Below, one piece after another: positions 45,370 to 54,659 of a DNA stretch of 64,000 bases. The position numbers were made by a program, and so were the translations under genes. The notes beneath the pieces were generated by a model. The model was given only the letters and a program-made list of their open reading frames with translations. It had not been told where the DNA came from and made no database searches. Numbering within the stretch: position 1 is the stretch's first letter; each line of letters begins with the position of its first letter. Source of the stretch: Rhizobiaceae bacterium (GTDB lineage Bacteria; Pseudomonadota; Alphaproteobacteria; Rhizobiales; Rhizobiaceae). The stretch covers positions 2,098 to 66,097 of the forward strand of contig JASFYT010000034.1 of NCBI GenBank assembly GCA_045047085.1, read 5' to 3'.

Positions 45370-46305
45370 CTAAATGTTGAGATCTTGAACGCCTGAATCG
45401 AAATGAGGCGCCCAAAAAGCCACACTCTCGGCGATATGGGTGAGCACAAGCCGGTCGTCAGGCTCTCGTTCTTTGAAGCTGAGTTCAAGGCAGATTTCGT
45501 TGTTGTGTGCCCCGCCGGCATGAAGAGCATCGATCAGGAGATCGGGCTGGATCAACCCATTGTCGTTGTGTTCTTTAGTGAATGGGCGATGCCCTCCTTT
45601 ATCCAACAACGATTGCTTGATATGGATGATAGGAGATACAAGCGGTACCGCCTGCGCCCACGAATAGGGATCGTAATCATTTTTGTTTTTGCTGGTTATG
45701 TCACCGTGATCGATGTCGGCCATCATCCACATTGGGATCGCCATATCCATTTTTGTCAAACGGTCCTGCAATCGAAGGCAGCCATCAATGGTCTCGCCAA
45801 ATTCACGTCCAATGCTCATGGGTTCCCAAAAAAGGAATTCCAATCCGACTTGCTTTCCGTGTTCTGCTACCTCCGACCAGGCATCGATCGCTATTTTTGT
45901 CAGTTCTTCTCGCCTAACCGGATCGTCAAAATCGCGATAGGTGAAAATGGCAAATTGAGTTCCTAAAGATTTTCCACCGAGATCTGATATGATCTCCGCA
46001 TTGGTTTTGAACCAGTTGATATAATAACGCCTGACTTCAGCATCTGGATGCCCGAAGTGGTTAAGTCGGCCATAAGGACCGGTCATTCCGGACGTGACTC
46101 GGACCCCAGTTCTCGAGCAAGCATGGTGCATTTGACGGACTAGCCGTGCAATGGTTTTGCCAGGCCAACTTGGGTTGATAAATTCATGGGTGAGCTGCAC
46201 ATCGCGAATCCTCAAATCGGTTGCGATAGTGTAAATTAGATCGTCACAATCAGCAAAACGGTTCACTAACGGATTTGTATTGAGCGAGAGGGTGAAAGCC
46301 ATCAT
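45370..46305 (-). CDS. xylose-isomerase-like TIM-barrel protein (EryC-like), full length
   Basis: 311 aa. It is a paralog of the truncated ORF at 23685..24116 (FTLSLNTNPLVN...THEFINPSWP...MTGPYGRLN.FGHPD...ICLELSFKEREP). Confidence 0.75.
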   Translation of the reverse strand: MMAFTLSLNTNPLVNRFADCDDLIYTIATDLRIRDVQLTHEFINPSWPGKTIARLVRQMHHACSRTGVRVTSGMTGPYGRLNHFGHPDAEVRRYYINWFKTNAEIISDLGGKSLGTQFAIFTYRDFDDPVRREELTKIAIDAWSEVAEHGKQVGLEFLFWEPMSIGREFGETIDGCLRLQDRLTKMDMAIPMWMMADIDHGDITSKNKNDYDPYSWAQAVPLVSPIIHIKQSLLDKGGHRPFTKEHNDNGLIQPDLLIDALHAGGAHNNEICLELSFKEREPDDRLVLTHIAESVAFWAPHFDSGVQDLNI

Positions 46306-46457
46306 GCAGCCCTTTCTTCAAGAGAAAATGCAGGGATTCTACAATCCGGCACTGCGTTTTGGTGCCTACCCATCATCAGTATCCATTTGACAAACGGATA
46401 CGGGAAGCGCCAAGCATTAATCCAAACGGGGCGTCAGATTGTTCGACTATGGTTCGA

Positions 46458-47534
46458 TCAGGCGACATCGATTGCAAGCTTGGTGATTGCATCAAATAGG
46501 TGCACCCGGTCGACGGCGGGAAACAGTTTGATATCGCCGCCCACGGACCATTCTAGGCGTTCCCTTGAGATTGAAATAACTTCGTTTCCATCAACGTCTA
46601 GATAGAGATGGGTTTCAGGGCCGGTAGGCTCAACAACTTTAATTTTTGCTGGGAAACCTTGCCCGCTCATTTTTGGTTCAAGGTGTTCGGGACGAATACC
46701 ATAAACTACCTTTTGACCAACTTCTACCTTTGAAGATGGGGGGATGGGCAAGGAAAGATTGCCGGATTTCACAATCTTCGACTTCTTATCGAGAACAATT
46801 TCGCCTTCCATCAGGTTCATGCCTGGAGAGCCGATAAATTGTGCGACAAACAGGTTTGCAGGTTTGTCGTAAATATCAAGTGGCTTGCCAGATTGCTCGA
46901 TAATTCCATCGCGCATGATCACAACAATATCGGCCATGGTCATGGCTTCAATCTGGTCGTGTGTAACGTAGACAGTTGTTGTTTTGAGTTTTTGGTGAAG
47001 CTCCTTGATTTCTGTGCGCATCTGTACACGTAATTTTGCATCAAGGTTGGAAAGTGGCTCATCGAAAAGGAACACATCCGGATTACGAACGATCGCTCTG
47101 CCCATTGCCACCCGTTGGCGCTGACCACCCGACAATTCTTTGGGGTAGCGTTCAAGGTAGGGCTCCAGGCTCAATATTTCAGATGCCCATTTAACGCGTT
47201 CATCAACAATCGAATCTTCTGTCTTTTTCAAACGCATTGAGAACGCAATGTTCTCTTTGACGGTCATATGGGCATAAAGTGCATAGTTCTGGAAAACCAT
47301 GGCTATGTTTCTATCCTTTGGATGGACATCGTTCACAATCCGATTGCCGATCGAAACATCACCGGCGGTGATCGCCTCCAAACCAGCCAACATGCGCAGC
47401 AAGGTTGATTTTCCGCAACCAGATGGCCCCAATAGTACCACAAACTGACCGTCTTCAATCTTGAGATCGATCCCGTGCAACACTTCTATTGCTCCATAAT
47501 TCTTCTTAACTTTGCTAATTGTAACGGAACTCAT
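46458..47534 (-). CDS. ABC sugar/polyol transporter ATP-binding protein (MalK/UgpC-like)
   Basis: GPSGCGKST, LSGGQRQR, and VFLFDEP. Start ATG at 47534; the longer track ORF overlaps the upstream gene. Confidence 0.9.
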   Translation of the reverse strand: MSSVTISKVKKNYGAIEVLHGIDLKIEDGQFVVLLGPSGCGKSTLLRMLAGLEAITAGDVSIGNRIVNDVHPKDRNIAMVFQNYALYAHMTVKENIAFSMRLKKTEDSIVDERVKWASEILSLEPYLERYPKELSGGQRQRVAMGRAIVRNPDVFLFDEPLSNLDAKLRVQMRTEIKELHQKLKTTTVYVTHDQIEAMTMADIVVIMRDGIIEQSGKPLDIYDKPANLFVAQFIGSPGMNLMEGEIVLDKKSKIVKSGNLSLPIPPSSKVEVGQKVVYGIRPEHLEPKMSGQGFPAKIKVVEPTGPETHLYLDVDGNEVISISRERLEWSVGGDIKLFPAVDRVHLFDAITKLAIDVA

Positions 47535-47538
47535 TTCA

Positions 47539-48390
47539 CTACGCCCCTTCGAAAAAATTTGTGTTTTGATTAGCTGTTCGGGCGGCGATAATTTGCTCTC
47601 CGATTTCAACGAAACCGTCTCCACCACAGGCGTTCGCAACAAAGGTCGGTAAAGCCTCCATACGGCCGACAAACTCTTGTACATTAGCGACGCCACACGC
47701 GTTGGGAAAAAAATCAAACATTGGAGAGTCGTTGGGGCTATCACCGCAATAGATGAACCTGTCTTTGTCTCTTTCCACATCGATGGAAAATTCTTCCATC
47801 AAAAACTTGCGAGTCATGGAAAGTTTATCCCAATCCCCAAACCAACCGTTGACATGAATGGACGAAGCTTTAGCGACCGCGCCGACATCATGGAAATGCT
47901 TGAGGATCCGTTCCACATCATCTTCACTTAAAGCCGGGACGTCTTCGCGAAAATCAATTGCGAGATCCGCCTCACGATAGAGTTGATCCGATGCAACGGC
48001 AGAGCCTTTCACATCATCGACAATAACCCTTGCAAGGTCATTGAGTTTTTTGCGATTTTTGTTGCGGGTCGCATCATCCATCATGAAGGTACGCTTCATT
48101 TGGCGCATCTCATGATCGTATCGAAATGCTAAAGCGCCATTTTCGCCGACCACGCCGGCTACTGGCCAAAACCTTGCGACCATGTCGCACCAACCTGCAG
48201 GTCTGCCGGTAATCGGGATAACCAACAACCCCGTATCCGAAAGCCTCTCCAACATGTTATAAGCTGCAGCCGGAAGCCGACCATTTGTTGTTATCGTGTC
48301 ATCAATATCAGTGAGTACACCAATTAAGTTTTGGCTGGTATCGTGCGGGATCTCCGCGACTGATTTCATCGACTCAATTTTTCGTGCCAT
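47539..48390 (-). CDS. HAD-superfamily hydrolase (subfamily IIB-like phosphatase)
   Basis: GVLTDIDDTITTNG (DxDxT) and YCGDSPNDSPMF (GDxxND). Confidence 0.75.
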   Translation of the reverse strand: MARKIESMKSVAEIPHDTSQNLIGVLTDIDDTITTNGRLPAAAYNMLERLSDTGLLVIPITGRPAGWCDMVARFWPVAGVVGENGALAFRYDHEMRQMKRTFMMDDATRNKNRKKLNDLARVIVDDVKGSAVASDQLYREADLAIDFREDVPALSEDDVERILKHFHDVGAVAKASSIHVNGWFGDWDKLSMTRKFLMEEFSIDVERDKDRFIYCGDSPNDSPMFDFFPNACGVANVQEFVGRMEALPTFVANACGGDGFVEIGEQIIAARTANQNTNFFEGA

Positions 48391-48396
48391 TTCCTG

Positions 48397-49950
48397 CTAT
48401 CTCTTTCGTTTGGTCTCGCTCGGAGCCAAGTCTTCATTGGCGAATGATCGCAAACGTTTGTTCCATGAAGATATTGTTGGCCACAATTCGTCGTAAATTT
48501 CGCGAAGTTCTGCGTATCGGGCAGCCCGTTTCGAATCGGGATTTGTTGTCTGAAAATCCTTTTGGCTCATTGAGCTGGAGGCGCTTGCCAAGCTGTCATA
48601 CCAGCCGACACCATAGGCAGCAGACATAGCCGCGCCAAGCGAAGAGGCCTCTGTTACTGCTGATCTAAGAACTGGAATATTGAGCGCATCTGCAATAATT
48701 TGCAGAAGAAGCTTGGAAGCCGAACCACCGCCGATAGCGACAACGTGGTCGATAGAGCCACCGGTTGCAGACACCGCTTTTTCTAACGCATAAGCTTGGT
48801 CGAGAGCTAGTCCCTCAAGCAAAGCACGATAGACATCACCGCGTCTTGAGGAGCCTGAAAGACCTGCGATGATACCGCGAGCATCTGTGTCCCAATGCGG
48901 TGTCATGGAGCCTTGCCAAAAGGGCAGCACGACGATACCACCAGCTCCTATCGGGCTGCATGTCGCTTCCTTTTCCAACTGTTCTAGGTAGGAAGGCCGC
49001 TCCTCCTCAGATACTCCGCCGAGTTCACGCGCCACCCAGTCAATCAAAAATGTTCCAGATTTGAGAACTGTTTCACAGATGTATCCGCTGTCCGAAATAG
49101 CCAATTCCGTTCTGAAAGCTTGATCATGTTTGAATTCGGGTGAATAGACTCCTGCGACCAAAGCCGTTCCAAGGTTCATATAGGCCGTAGATGGTTCAAT
49201 CACACCAGCGCCACATGCCGCACATTGCCCATCGCCACCGCCTGCGATCACAGGCGTTCCAGCGGAGAGTCCACAACTGTCTGCTGCTGCCTGGGTTACT
49301 TCGCCGATAAGCGATCCTGGCTCAACGAGATCGGGCATAATCGCAAGCGGGATTCCGGCAGCTGACAACAACTCCTCTGACCAACTCTTTGTCGCCATAT
49401 CCAGCATTCCAGATGGATCGGCCGATGCAGTTGAAGTCGCCCAATTCCCAGTAAGACAGAAATTCAGAAAACAGTGTACGTCAGCATAATGCTCGACTTT
49501 CTCGAATATCTCCGGACGCTCCTCGCGAACCCAGATCATTCGATAAATCGGCACAACCACATCGACGGGCTTGCCGGTAATTGCCCTAATATGCGCAGAT
49601 CCAACTTCTTCGCTGAATTGAATTGCCTGATTTCGCGATCGTTCATCAAGCCAAACCATACCTGGCATTACAGCAACGCCGTTTGAGTCAAATAATCCAA
49701 AAGTCTCGCGTTGATTTGCAATGGAAATAGCGGCAATACGATCTGGGTTGATCTTCGCCAGCAACTGTTTGAGCGCGCCGGATGTCGAATTCCACCATTC
49801 ATCGGGCTCCTGTTCAAAATGTCCCGGTTCGGGGTTGGAAAGCTGAATGGAAACTCTTGCCTCAGCAACAAATTCACCATCCCTAGTCCAGGCTATGGCC
49901 TTGGTCGCAGAAGTGGAAGAATCTAATCCAATCACCAGATCTTTGTTCAA
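48397..49950 (-). CDS. FGGY-family carbohydrate kinase (xylulokinase-like)
   Basis: 517 aa with IGLDSSTSATKAIAW and AIGGGSASKLL. Confidence 0.85.
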   Translation of the reverse strand: MNKDLVIGLDSSTSATKAIAWTRDGEFVAEARVSIQLSNPEPGHFEQEPDEWWNSTSGALKQLLAKINPDRIAAISIANQRETFGLFDSNGVAVMPGMVWLDERSRNQAIQFSEEVGSAHIRAITGKPVDVVVPIYRMIWVREERPEIFEKVEHYADVHCFLNFCLTGNWATSTASADPSGMLDMATKSWSEELLSAAGIPLAIMPDLVEPGSLIGEVTQAAADSCGLSAGTPVIAGGGDGQCAACGAGVIEPSTAYMNLGTALVAGVYSPEFKHDQAFRTELAISDSGYICETVLKSGTFLIDWVARELGGVSEEERPSYLEQLEKEATCSPIGAGGIVVLPFWQGSMTPHWDTDARGIIAGLSGSSRRGDVYRALLEGLALDQAYALEKAVSATGGSIDHVVAIGGGSASKLLLQIIADALNIPVLRSAVTEASSLGAAMSAAYGVGWYDSLASASSSMSQKDFQTTNPDSKRAARYAELREIYDELWPTISSWNKRLRSFANEDLAPSETKRKR

Positions 49951-50018
49951 AAGTATTACTCCGAAAAAAAGTACACCACCCGAAAAAATCCCGGGTGGTG
50001 CAATATTAGTCCTACGCT

Positions 50019-51545
50019 TTAGCGTAGGCCAGCTTCTGCAACGCGCGTATCAACGAGTTTAGCGACTGCATCCATACAGGCCTTCGCATCGCCGCCATAT
50101 TCTTGACCAGTTAGCAACTTGCCCAACTCTGTTGGAATTTCATTGCCGGAAAGTCCGGCCCAAAGCGGCATATCCGGTTCAGATGCGATGAATTTCTCGA
50201 TCGTCTCAAGAACAACAGGCAGGTGACGCGTAGTACCTGCACCAACCACCGCTTTTGCTTTAACACGCGGATCGGCGAACGATGAATTCCGCATCGGAGC
50301 AAATCCACCCCCAAGCGTACAACGGGTCATAATCTCTTTTGAACACGCCCACTGCATAAAGAGCCATGCAGCATCAACATTCTTGGAGTATTTGGATAGA
50401 GCAATGGTTGAGCCGCCCTGATGTCCCCAACCTGGAATTTCACCGAAGCCAGCTGCATCAGTTGAACGTAGAGTATGAGGGCCTTGAAGAGGTACAGTCG
50501 TTTCCCACAGGCCTCTTACTTTTGAATCATCTGCATCCATACCCGGAAAAAACTCGTCCCAAGACTGAACCATGGCAACCTGGCCAGAGTTCATCATTTG
50601 CCACTGGCCATCCCAAGTAGATGTTAGTGAACTTGCGGGCGCGTTCTTTATCAGATTCTGATACCACTGTAGTCCTTCGATAGCCTGTTCGTCATTGCCT
50701 GAGAACATCTTGTCCGCAGTAAAGATCGAACCACCATGCCCCCAAACAGCTTGTGACCAGTCACATTCAAGAGAATAATGGCCAGACTTCGCCTGTAATC
50801 CAGTTCCGAAGATTCCATTTTCTTTTTCGGCGGCGGTGATTAACTCAACAGCAGCTGTAAACTCAGTGTAGGTTTTTGGAACCGGAATACCGTGCTTTTC
50901 AAGAATATCGCGACGGTACATGAAGGTAAAAATTGGAATATCAAACGGGATACCAACCCATTTTCCTTCATAGAGTGCGATACCCTCCACAAGCGTCGAT
51001 GCAAAATCTTCGAAGTCGAAGCCAGGCATCGCAAGATCAGGTTTGTCTTTGTAGTGCTGTACAGGATCGATGGTGTCCCGAGAGAACGTCGATGTCCAAG
51101 CCTGATCGAGATAATACAGATCGTAGGAACCGAGTTGTCCTTGAACGTCCTGCGTTGCCTTCGCAAGTACCTGCTCAAGCGGTACAATTTCGATCTCGAC
51201 ATTGATGCCAGTTAGTTCCGTAAACTCTGCTTTAAGTTCATTCAATACATTGGTTGGCGGTGTCGCTTCAGATGTGTAGCGAATAGTGGTGCCTTTGAAA
51301 GCTTTACCTGCTTCACGGAAAAAATTCTTCTGATCTTCAGGCATCTGGTCTTCAGTTGCAGCAAGAGCTGCACTACTAAAACGACCCTTGCGCGGCGTAC
51401 CGAGCATGCCAGTCGCGAAGGCAGAAAAGCCTACACCAGCGATGCCCATTTTGTACAAGAAGTCTCGTTTGGATATCTGTTTATTGGTAAATGCGTTAGC
51501 GGCATCCACAATAAAATTTTGTCTATCGTTTTGTTTAAAGCTCAT
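50019..51545 (-). CDS. periplasmic solute-binding protein (family 1) with a TAT-like signal
   Basis: The ATG at 51545 is preceded by GGAGG. Signal ...ISKRDFLYKMGIAGVGFSAFATG. The 114 codons upstream in the track ORF overlap the permease gene. Confidence 0.85.
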   Translation of the reverse strand: MSFKQNDRQNFIVDAANAFTNKQISKRDFLYKMGIAGVGFSAFATGMLGTPRKGRFSSAALAATEDQMPEDQKNFFREAGKAFKGTTIRYTSEATPPTNVLNELKAEFTELTGINVEIEIVPLEQVLAKATQDVQGQLGSYDLYYLDQAWTSTFSRDTIDPVQHYKDKPDLAMPGFDFEDFASTLVEGIALYEGKWVGIPFDIPIFTFMYRRDILEKHGIPVPKTYTEFTAAVELITAAEKENGIFGTGLQAKSGHYSLECDWSQAVWGHGGSIFTADKMFSGNDEQAIEGLQWYQNLIKNAPASSLTSTWDGQWQMMNSGQVAMVQSWDEFFPGMDADDSKVRGLWETTVPLQGPHTLRSTDAAGFGEIPGWGHQGGSTIALSKYSKNVDAAWLFMQWACSKEIMTRCTLGGGFAPMRNSSFADPRVKAKAVVGAGTTRHLPVVLETIEKFIASEPDMPLWAGLSGNEIPTELGKLLTGQEYGGDAKACMDAVAKLVDTRVAEAGLR

Positions 51546-51598
51546 GGTTTCCTCCATTTGGTGAGCGGTTTCTGCGTCTAAGTTATGTCCAAGCCCAA

Positions 51599-52486
51599 CT
51601 AATCCTTGATTGCTCCCATAGTCAGACCGCGAACGAGATGTTTCTGAACCAGTAAAATGAATATGAAACTGGGTAAGATTGCCGATGTTCCAAGTGCGGA
51701 GATAAATCCCCACTCCGAGCCGGTTGAAGTTACGAAAGTGGTGATTTTTACTGGCAAAGTTCTGATCTGGCTGGTTAAGAAAAGTGACAGAAGGAATTCG
51801 GTCCAAGAGAAAATGAAGCATAAAACGGCAGTCGCTGCGATGCCGCCCTTGACCATTGGCAAGACAACCAGACGGAAGCATTGCCAACGCGTTGCGCCAT
51901 CAATCATGGCAGCCTGATCAACATCCTTTGGAATGTCATCAATAAATGATTTCAAGAGCAGCAATGCGATTGGAAGATTTATCAAACTGTGAATCAGGAT
52001 CAGCCCTAAATGGGTGTCTCGTAGTCCCAGATCATGGAAAATAAACACCAAGGGAACGATTATCGCGATTGGTGGTAAAAAACGCTGCGATAAAATCCAG
52101 GTCATATAGCCCTGCGATCCTCGAAATGTCATTCGTGACAACGGATAAGCTGCAGACAATGCCATGAATATTGTAATGATCGTTGATCCAATGGCGATTA
52201 CAAGGGAATCAAAAATGGTTTTTCGACCATCAAACGCACCGCCGCCGCCAAAACCAAGAGCATCGCCGCTCTGCAATTCTGCTCGTGATTGTCCAAAAAT
52301 AGTGACACGATAATTGTCGAACGTTGGAATGAAGTCGAACACGACGACCATGTCTTTGTTGAAAATTGCCGAGATCGGTTTGATCGAGGTCAGCGCCCAC
52401 CAAAAAATCGGAAACATGAATAGCGCGACCAAGAAAATCGCCACCACATATCGAAAAAATACCTGAGTCGGAGATGCGGTCATCAA
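51599..52486 (-). CDS. ABC transporter permease (carbohydrate type)
   Basis: 295 aa with DQAAMIDGATRWQCFRLVVLP. Confidence 0.85.
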   Translation of the reverse strand: MMTASPTQVFFRYVVAIFLVALFMFPIFWWALTSIKPISAIFNKDMVVVFDFIPTFDNYRVTIFGQSRAELQSGDALGFGGGGAFDGRKTIFDSLVIAIGSTIITIFMALSAAYPLSRMTFRGSQGYMTWILSQRFLPPIAIIVPLVFIFHDLGLRDTHLGLILIHSLINLPIALLLLKSFIDDIPKDVDQAAMIDGATRWQCFRLVVLPMVKGGIAATAVLCFIFSWTEFLLSLFLTSQIRTLPVKITTFVTSTGSEWGFISALGTSAILPSFIFILLVQKHLVRGLTMGAIKD

Positions 52487-53397
52487 AACTTCACCCTGAA
52501 AATTTTAATGAAAATATTGGCGGTGATAACTACAAGAAGAAGAGTCAAGATTGCTACGGTGGACGCATAAGGAAAATCTGCGTTCTTGAAGTAGATCGTG
52601 CCGGCATAGGCAGTCAGGGTCTCAGTGGCTGTCCCTGGCCCACCATCGGTCATCACTTTAATGTAGTCATAGATCCGAAATAGATCGATGCCACGGATCA
52701 GTACCGCTAAAGCGATGATCTTTGCCATCATAGGCAACGTAAGTTTGATGAAAGCTTGCGTTGCAGTAGCACCATCAATCGCCGCTGCCTCGAACGGCTC
52801 CTTAGGTAACGCGCGCAGACCAGCCAGCATGAGCAGCACCATAAAGGGGGTCCACTGCCAGACATCCGCAACTATTACCCCCGCGAGTGCAAGAGAGCCT
52901 GTGGCAAGAATTGGCGTGTCAGGTGACAATAATCCTATGCTGTAGAGAGCTTGGCTAATGACGCCGAACGAGCCATCATACATCAAGAGGAACATCATTC
53001 CAGTAACGGCTGGCGGCACCACCAGGGGCAGAGTCATCAAGGCACGAAGAATGCCAAAACCCTTGCGATCGCTGTCCAGCAGTAGAGCTATCATCATGCC
53101 CAGCACGAGCTGAATTGTAATGGCGATACCCGTATACATGAAAGTTGTGACAACCGCATCGAGAACACGATCATCGCTGAAAATCTTGCCCCAGTTCCAT
53201 GATGGCCAAAATGTGTTCTCACGCGTGACGGGATTGCGCCGGAATAACGTCAGCCATGCCGCATATAAAATAGGATAGAGACCGAATATGATCAGCATTG
53301 CAGTAGCTGGAAACAGCCACGGAAGCGGATGCTCGGACGAAAGCCATCTTGGTAGTCGGCTTTTACCGCCCGGCTTGTAAATCATCGAATCTGTCAT
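52483..53397 (-). CDS. ABC transporter permease (carbohydrate type)
   Basis: 304 aa with FEAAAIDGATATQAFIKLTLP. Confidence 0.85.
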   Translation of the reverse strand: MTDSMIYKPGGKSRLPRWLSSEHPLPWLFPATAMLIIFGLYPILYAAWLTLFRRNPVTRENTFWPSWNWGKIFSDDRVLDAVVTTFMYTGIAITIQLVLGMMIALLLDSDRKGFGILRALMTLPLVVPPAVTGMMFLLMYDGSFGVISQALYSIGLLSPDTPILATGSLALAGVIVADVWQWTPFMVLLMLAGLRALPKEPFEAAAIDGATATQAFIKLTLPMMAKIIALAVLIRGIDLFRIYDYIKVMTDGGPGTATETLTAYAGTIYFKNADFPYASTVAILTLLLVVITANIFIKIFRVKF

Positions 53398-53834
53398 CGC
53401 ATCATCGCCGCTACATTGCCGCCATCAACGGTCAAAACAGCACCTGTGCTGACTCTGGCTTTAGCCAAATGAACGAAGGCATCGGCTACATCTTTACCGG
53501 TCACTTTGCGCTTCACGAGATTGCCACACATGTATTGTTCAGGGGTAAAGCCCCTTGCTTTGCTGCGTTTTTCGACCATTTCATCTGTCATGAGACCGGT
53601 CCGAATACGGTCCGCATTCACGGCGTTAGACGTAATTCCATCCGGCCCATGCTCCACCGCATATTGACGCATGAACGCCATCAGTGCGGCCTTGGGAGTA
53701 CCATGGGCACCAAATTTTGGCCCGGGATTTACAGCTTGTTTAGAAACGTTGAAGACAAGCGCCCCTCTGATAACAGGTGCTACGTCAGCAATCTGCGCTA
53801 GGGTTGTTTCATCAATTTGTGTTACATTGTACAT
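53394..53834 (-). pseudogene. C-terminal fragment of an SDR domain of the bifunctional aldolase/short-chain-dehydrogenase family
   Basis: 146 aa with no TGxxxGxG Rossmann N-terminus. The YxxxK position reads HGTPK (Tyr replaced by His). The tail VNADRIRTG...VTGKDVADAF...TGAVLTVDGGNVAAMMR is typical of that family's C-terminus. Confidence 0.55.
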
Positions 53835-53846
53835 TTACGTTTTCAC

Positions 53847-54572
53847 TTAGAATTTCTGACGAGTTGGGGTAATGCAGATTTCTTGGATCAGCGCCAATTG
53901 CGGCAGCTGATATGCATGCAACATGGAGCTGGCAACGTGCTCCGCCCCGATGCCACCACCAATAGCTTCTTTATTGGCCTTGTAACTTGCCAACGTATTC
54001 GGGTCTTTAACCCCATTGAGAACTTCGGTCTCAACGATGCCCGGCGACAAAACGATCACGCGCACATCAAATTCAGATAGGTATTCACGGATGCTCTCCG
54101 ATACGGCGTGAACAAAATATTTTGTCCCGCAATAGACAGTATGATCCGGGTAAATTTTTCGCCCTGCAATCGAACCCATCATGAACAAAGTGCCCGTACG
54201 GCGCTTGATCATGCCAGCCATCACAGAATGGACTGTGTTCATTACACCTTTGGTGTTGATGTCGATCATCTGATCCCATTCTTCGGGATCCTGAGTACTG
54301 ATATCTGCCAGATGAGCGACCCCGGCATTGCAGAACATCATATCCACGGGACCAAATTTTAATTCAGCATCTTTGACAGCTGCTGCAATCTGCTGGCGAT
54401 CGCGAACATCGACCTGCCGGCAAATCGAATTTGGAAGGTTAAGCGCTTCCATTCTGTCAAGACGCCGCGCCATCAACAACACAGGGTGGCCAGCAGCAGA
54501 AAACTCGCGAGCGGCGGCTTCACCAATTCCCGAACTTGCACCGGTGATTGCAACGAGCAACTTATCTGCCAT
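53847..54572 (-). CDS. SDR-family oxidoreductase
   Basis: 241 aa with ITGASSGIGEAAA and YCGTKYF (YxxxK). Confidence 0.85.
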   Translation of the reverse strand: MADKLLVAITGASSGIGEAAAREFSAAGHPVLLMARRLDRMEALNLPNSICRQVDVRDRQQIAAAVKDAELKFGPVDMMFCNAGVAHLADISTQDPEEWDQMIDINTKGVMNTVHSVMAGMIKRRTGTLFMMGSIAGRKIYPDHTVYCGTKYFVHAVSESIREYLSEFDVRVIVLSPGIVETEVLNGVKDPNTLASYKANKEAIGGGIGAEHVASSMLHAYQLPQLALIQEICITPTRQKF

Positions 54573-54659
54573 ATTGTCCTCCCTTGTTTACTTGTCGTCA
54601 GTTAAATTTACTTGTCGTTAGTTAAATTTTTGGTGACCTTCATTTTTGTATCCAAAGCC

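Noticed and set aside
50019-51887. Long N-terminal extensions appear in the ORF track for several genes: 50019..51887, 46458..47780, 10610..11539, 33659..34582, 35568..37034, 13531..14736, and 54660..56063.
   Set aside because: The extensions overlap the preceding gene or start at TTG or GTG. Internal ATGs with good Shine-Dalgarno sequences give the expected signal peptides or N-termini.
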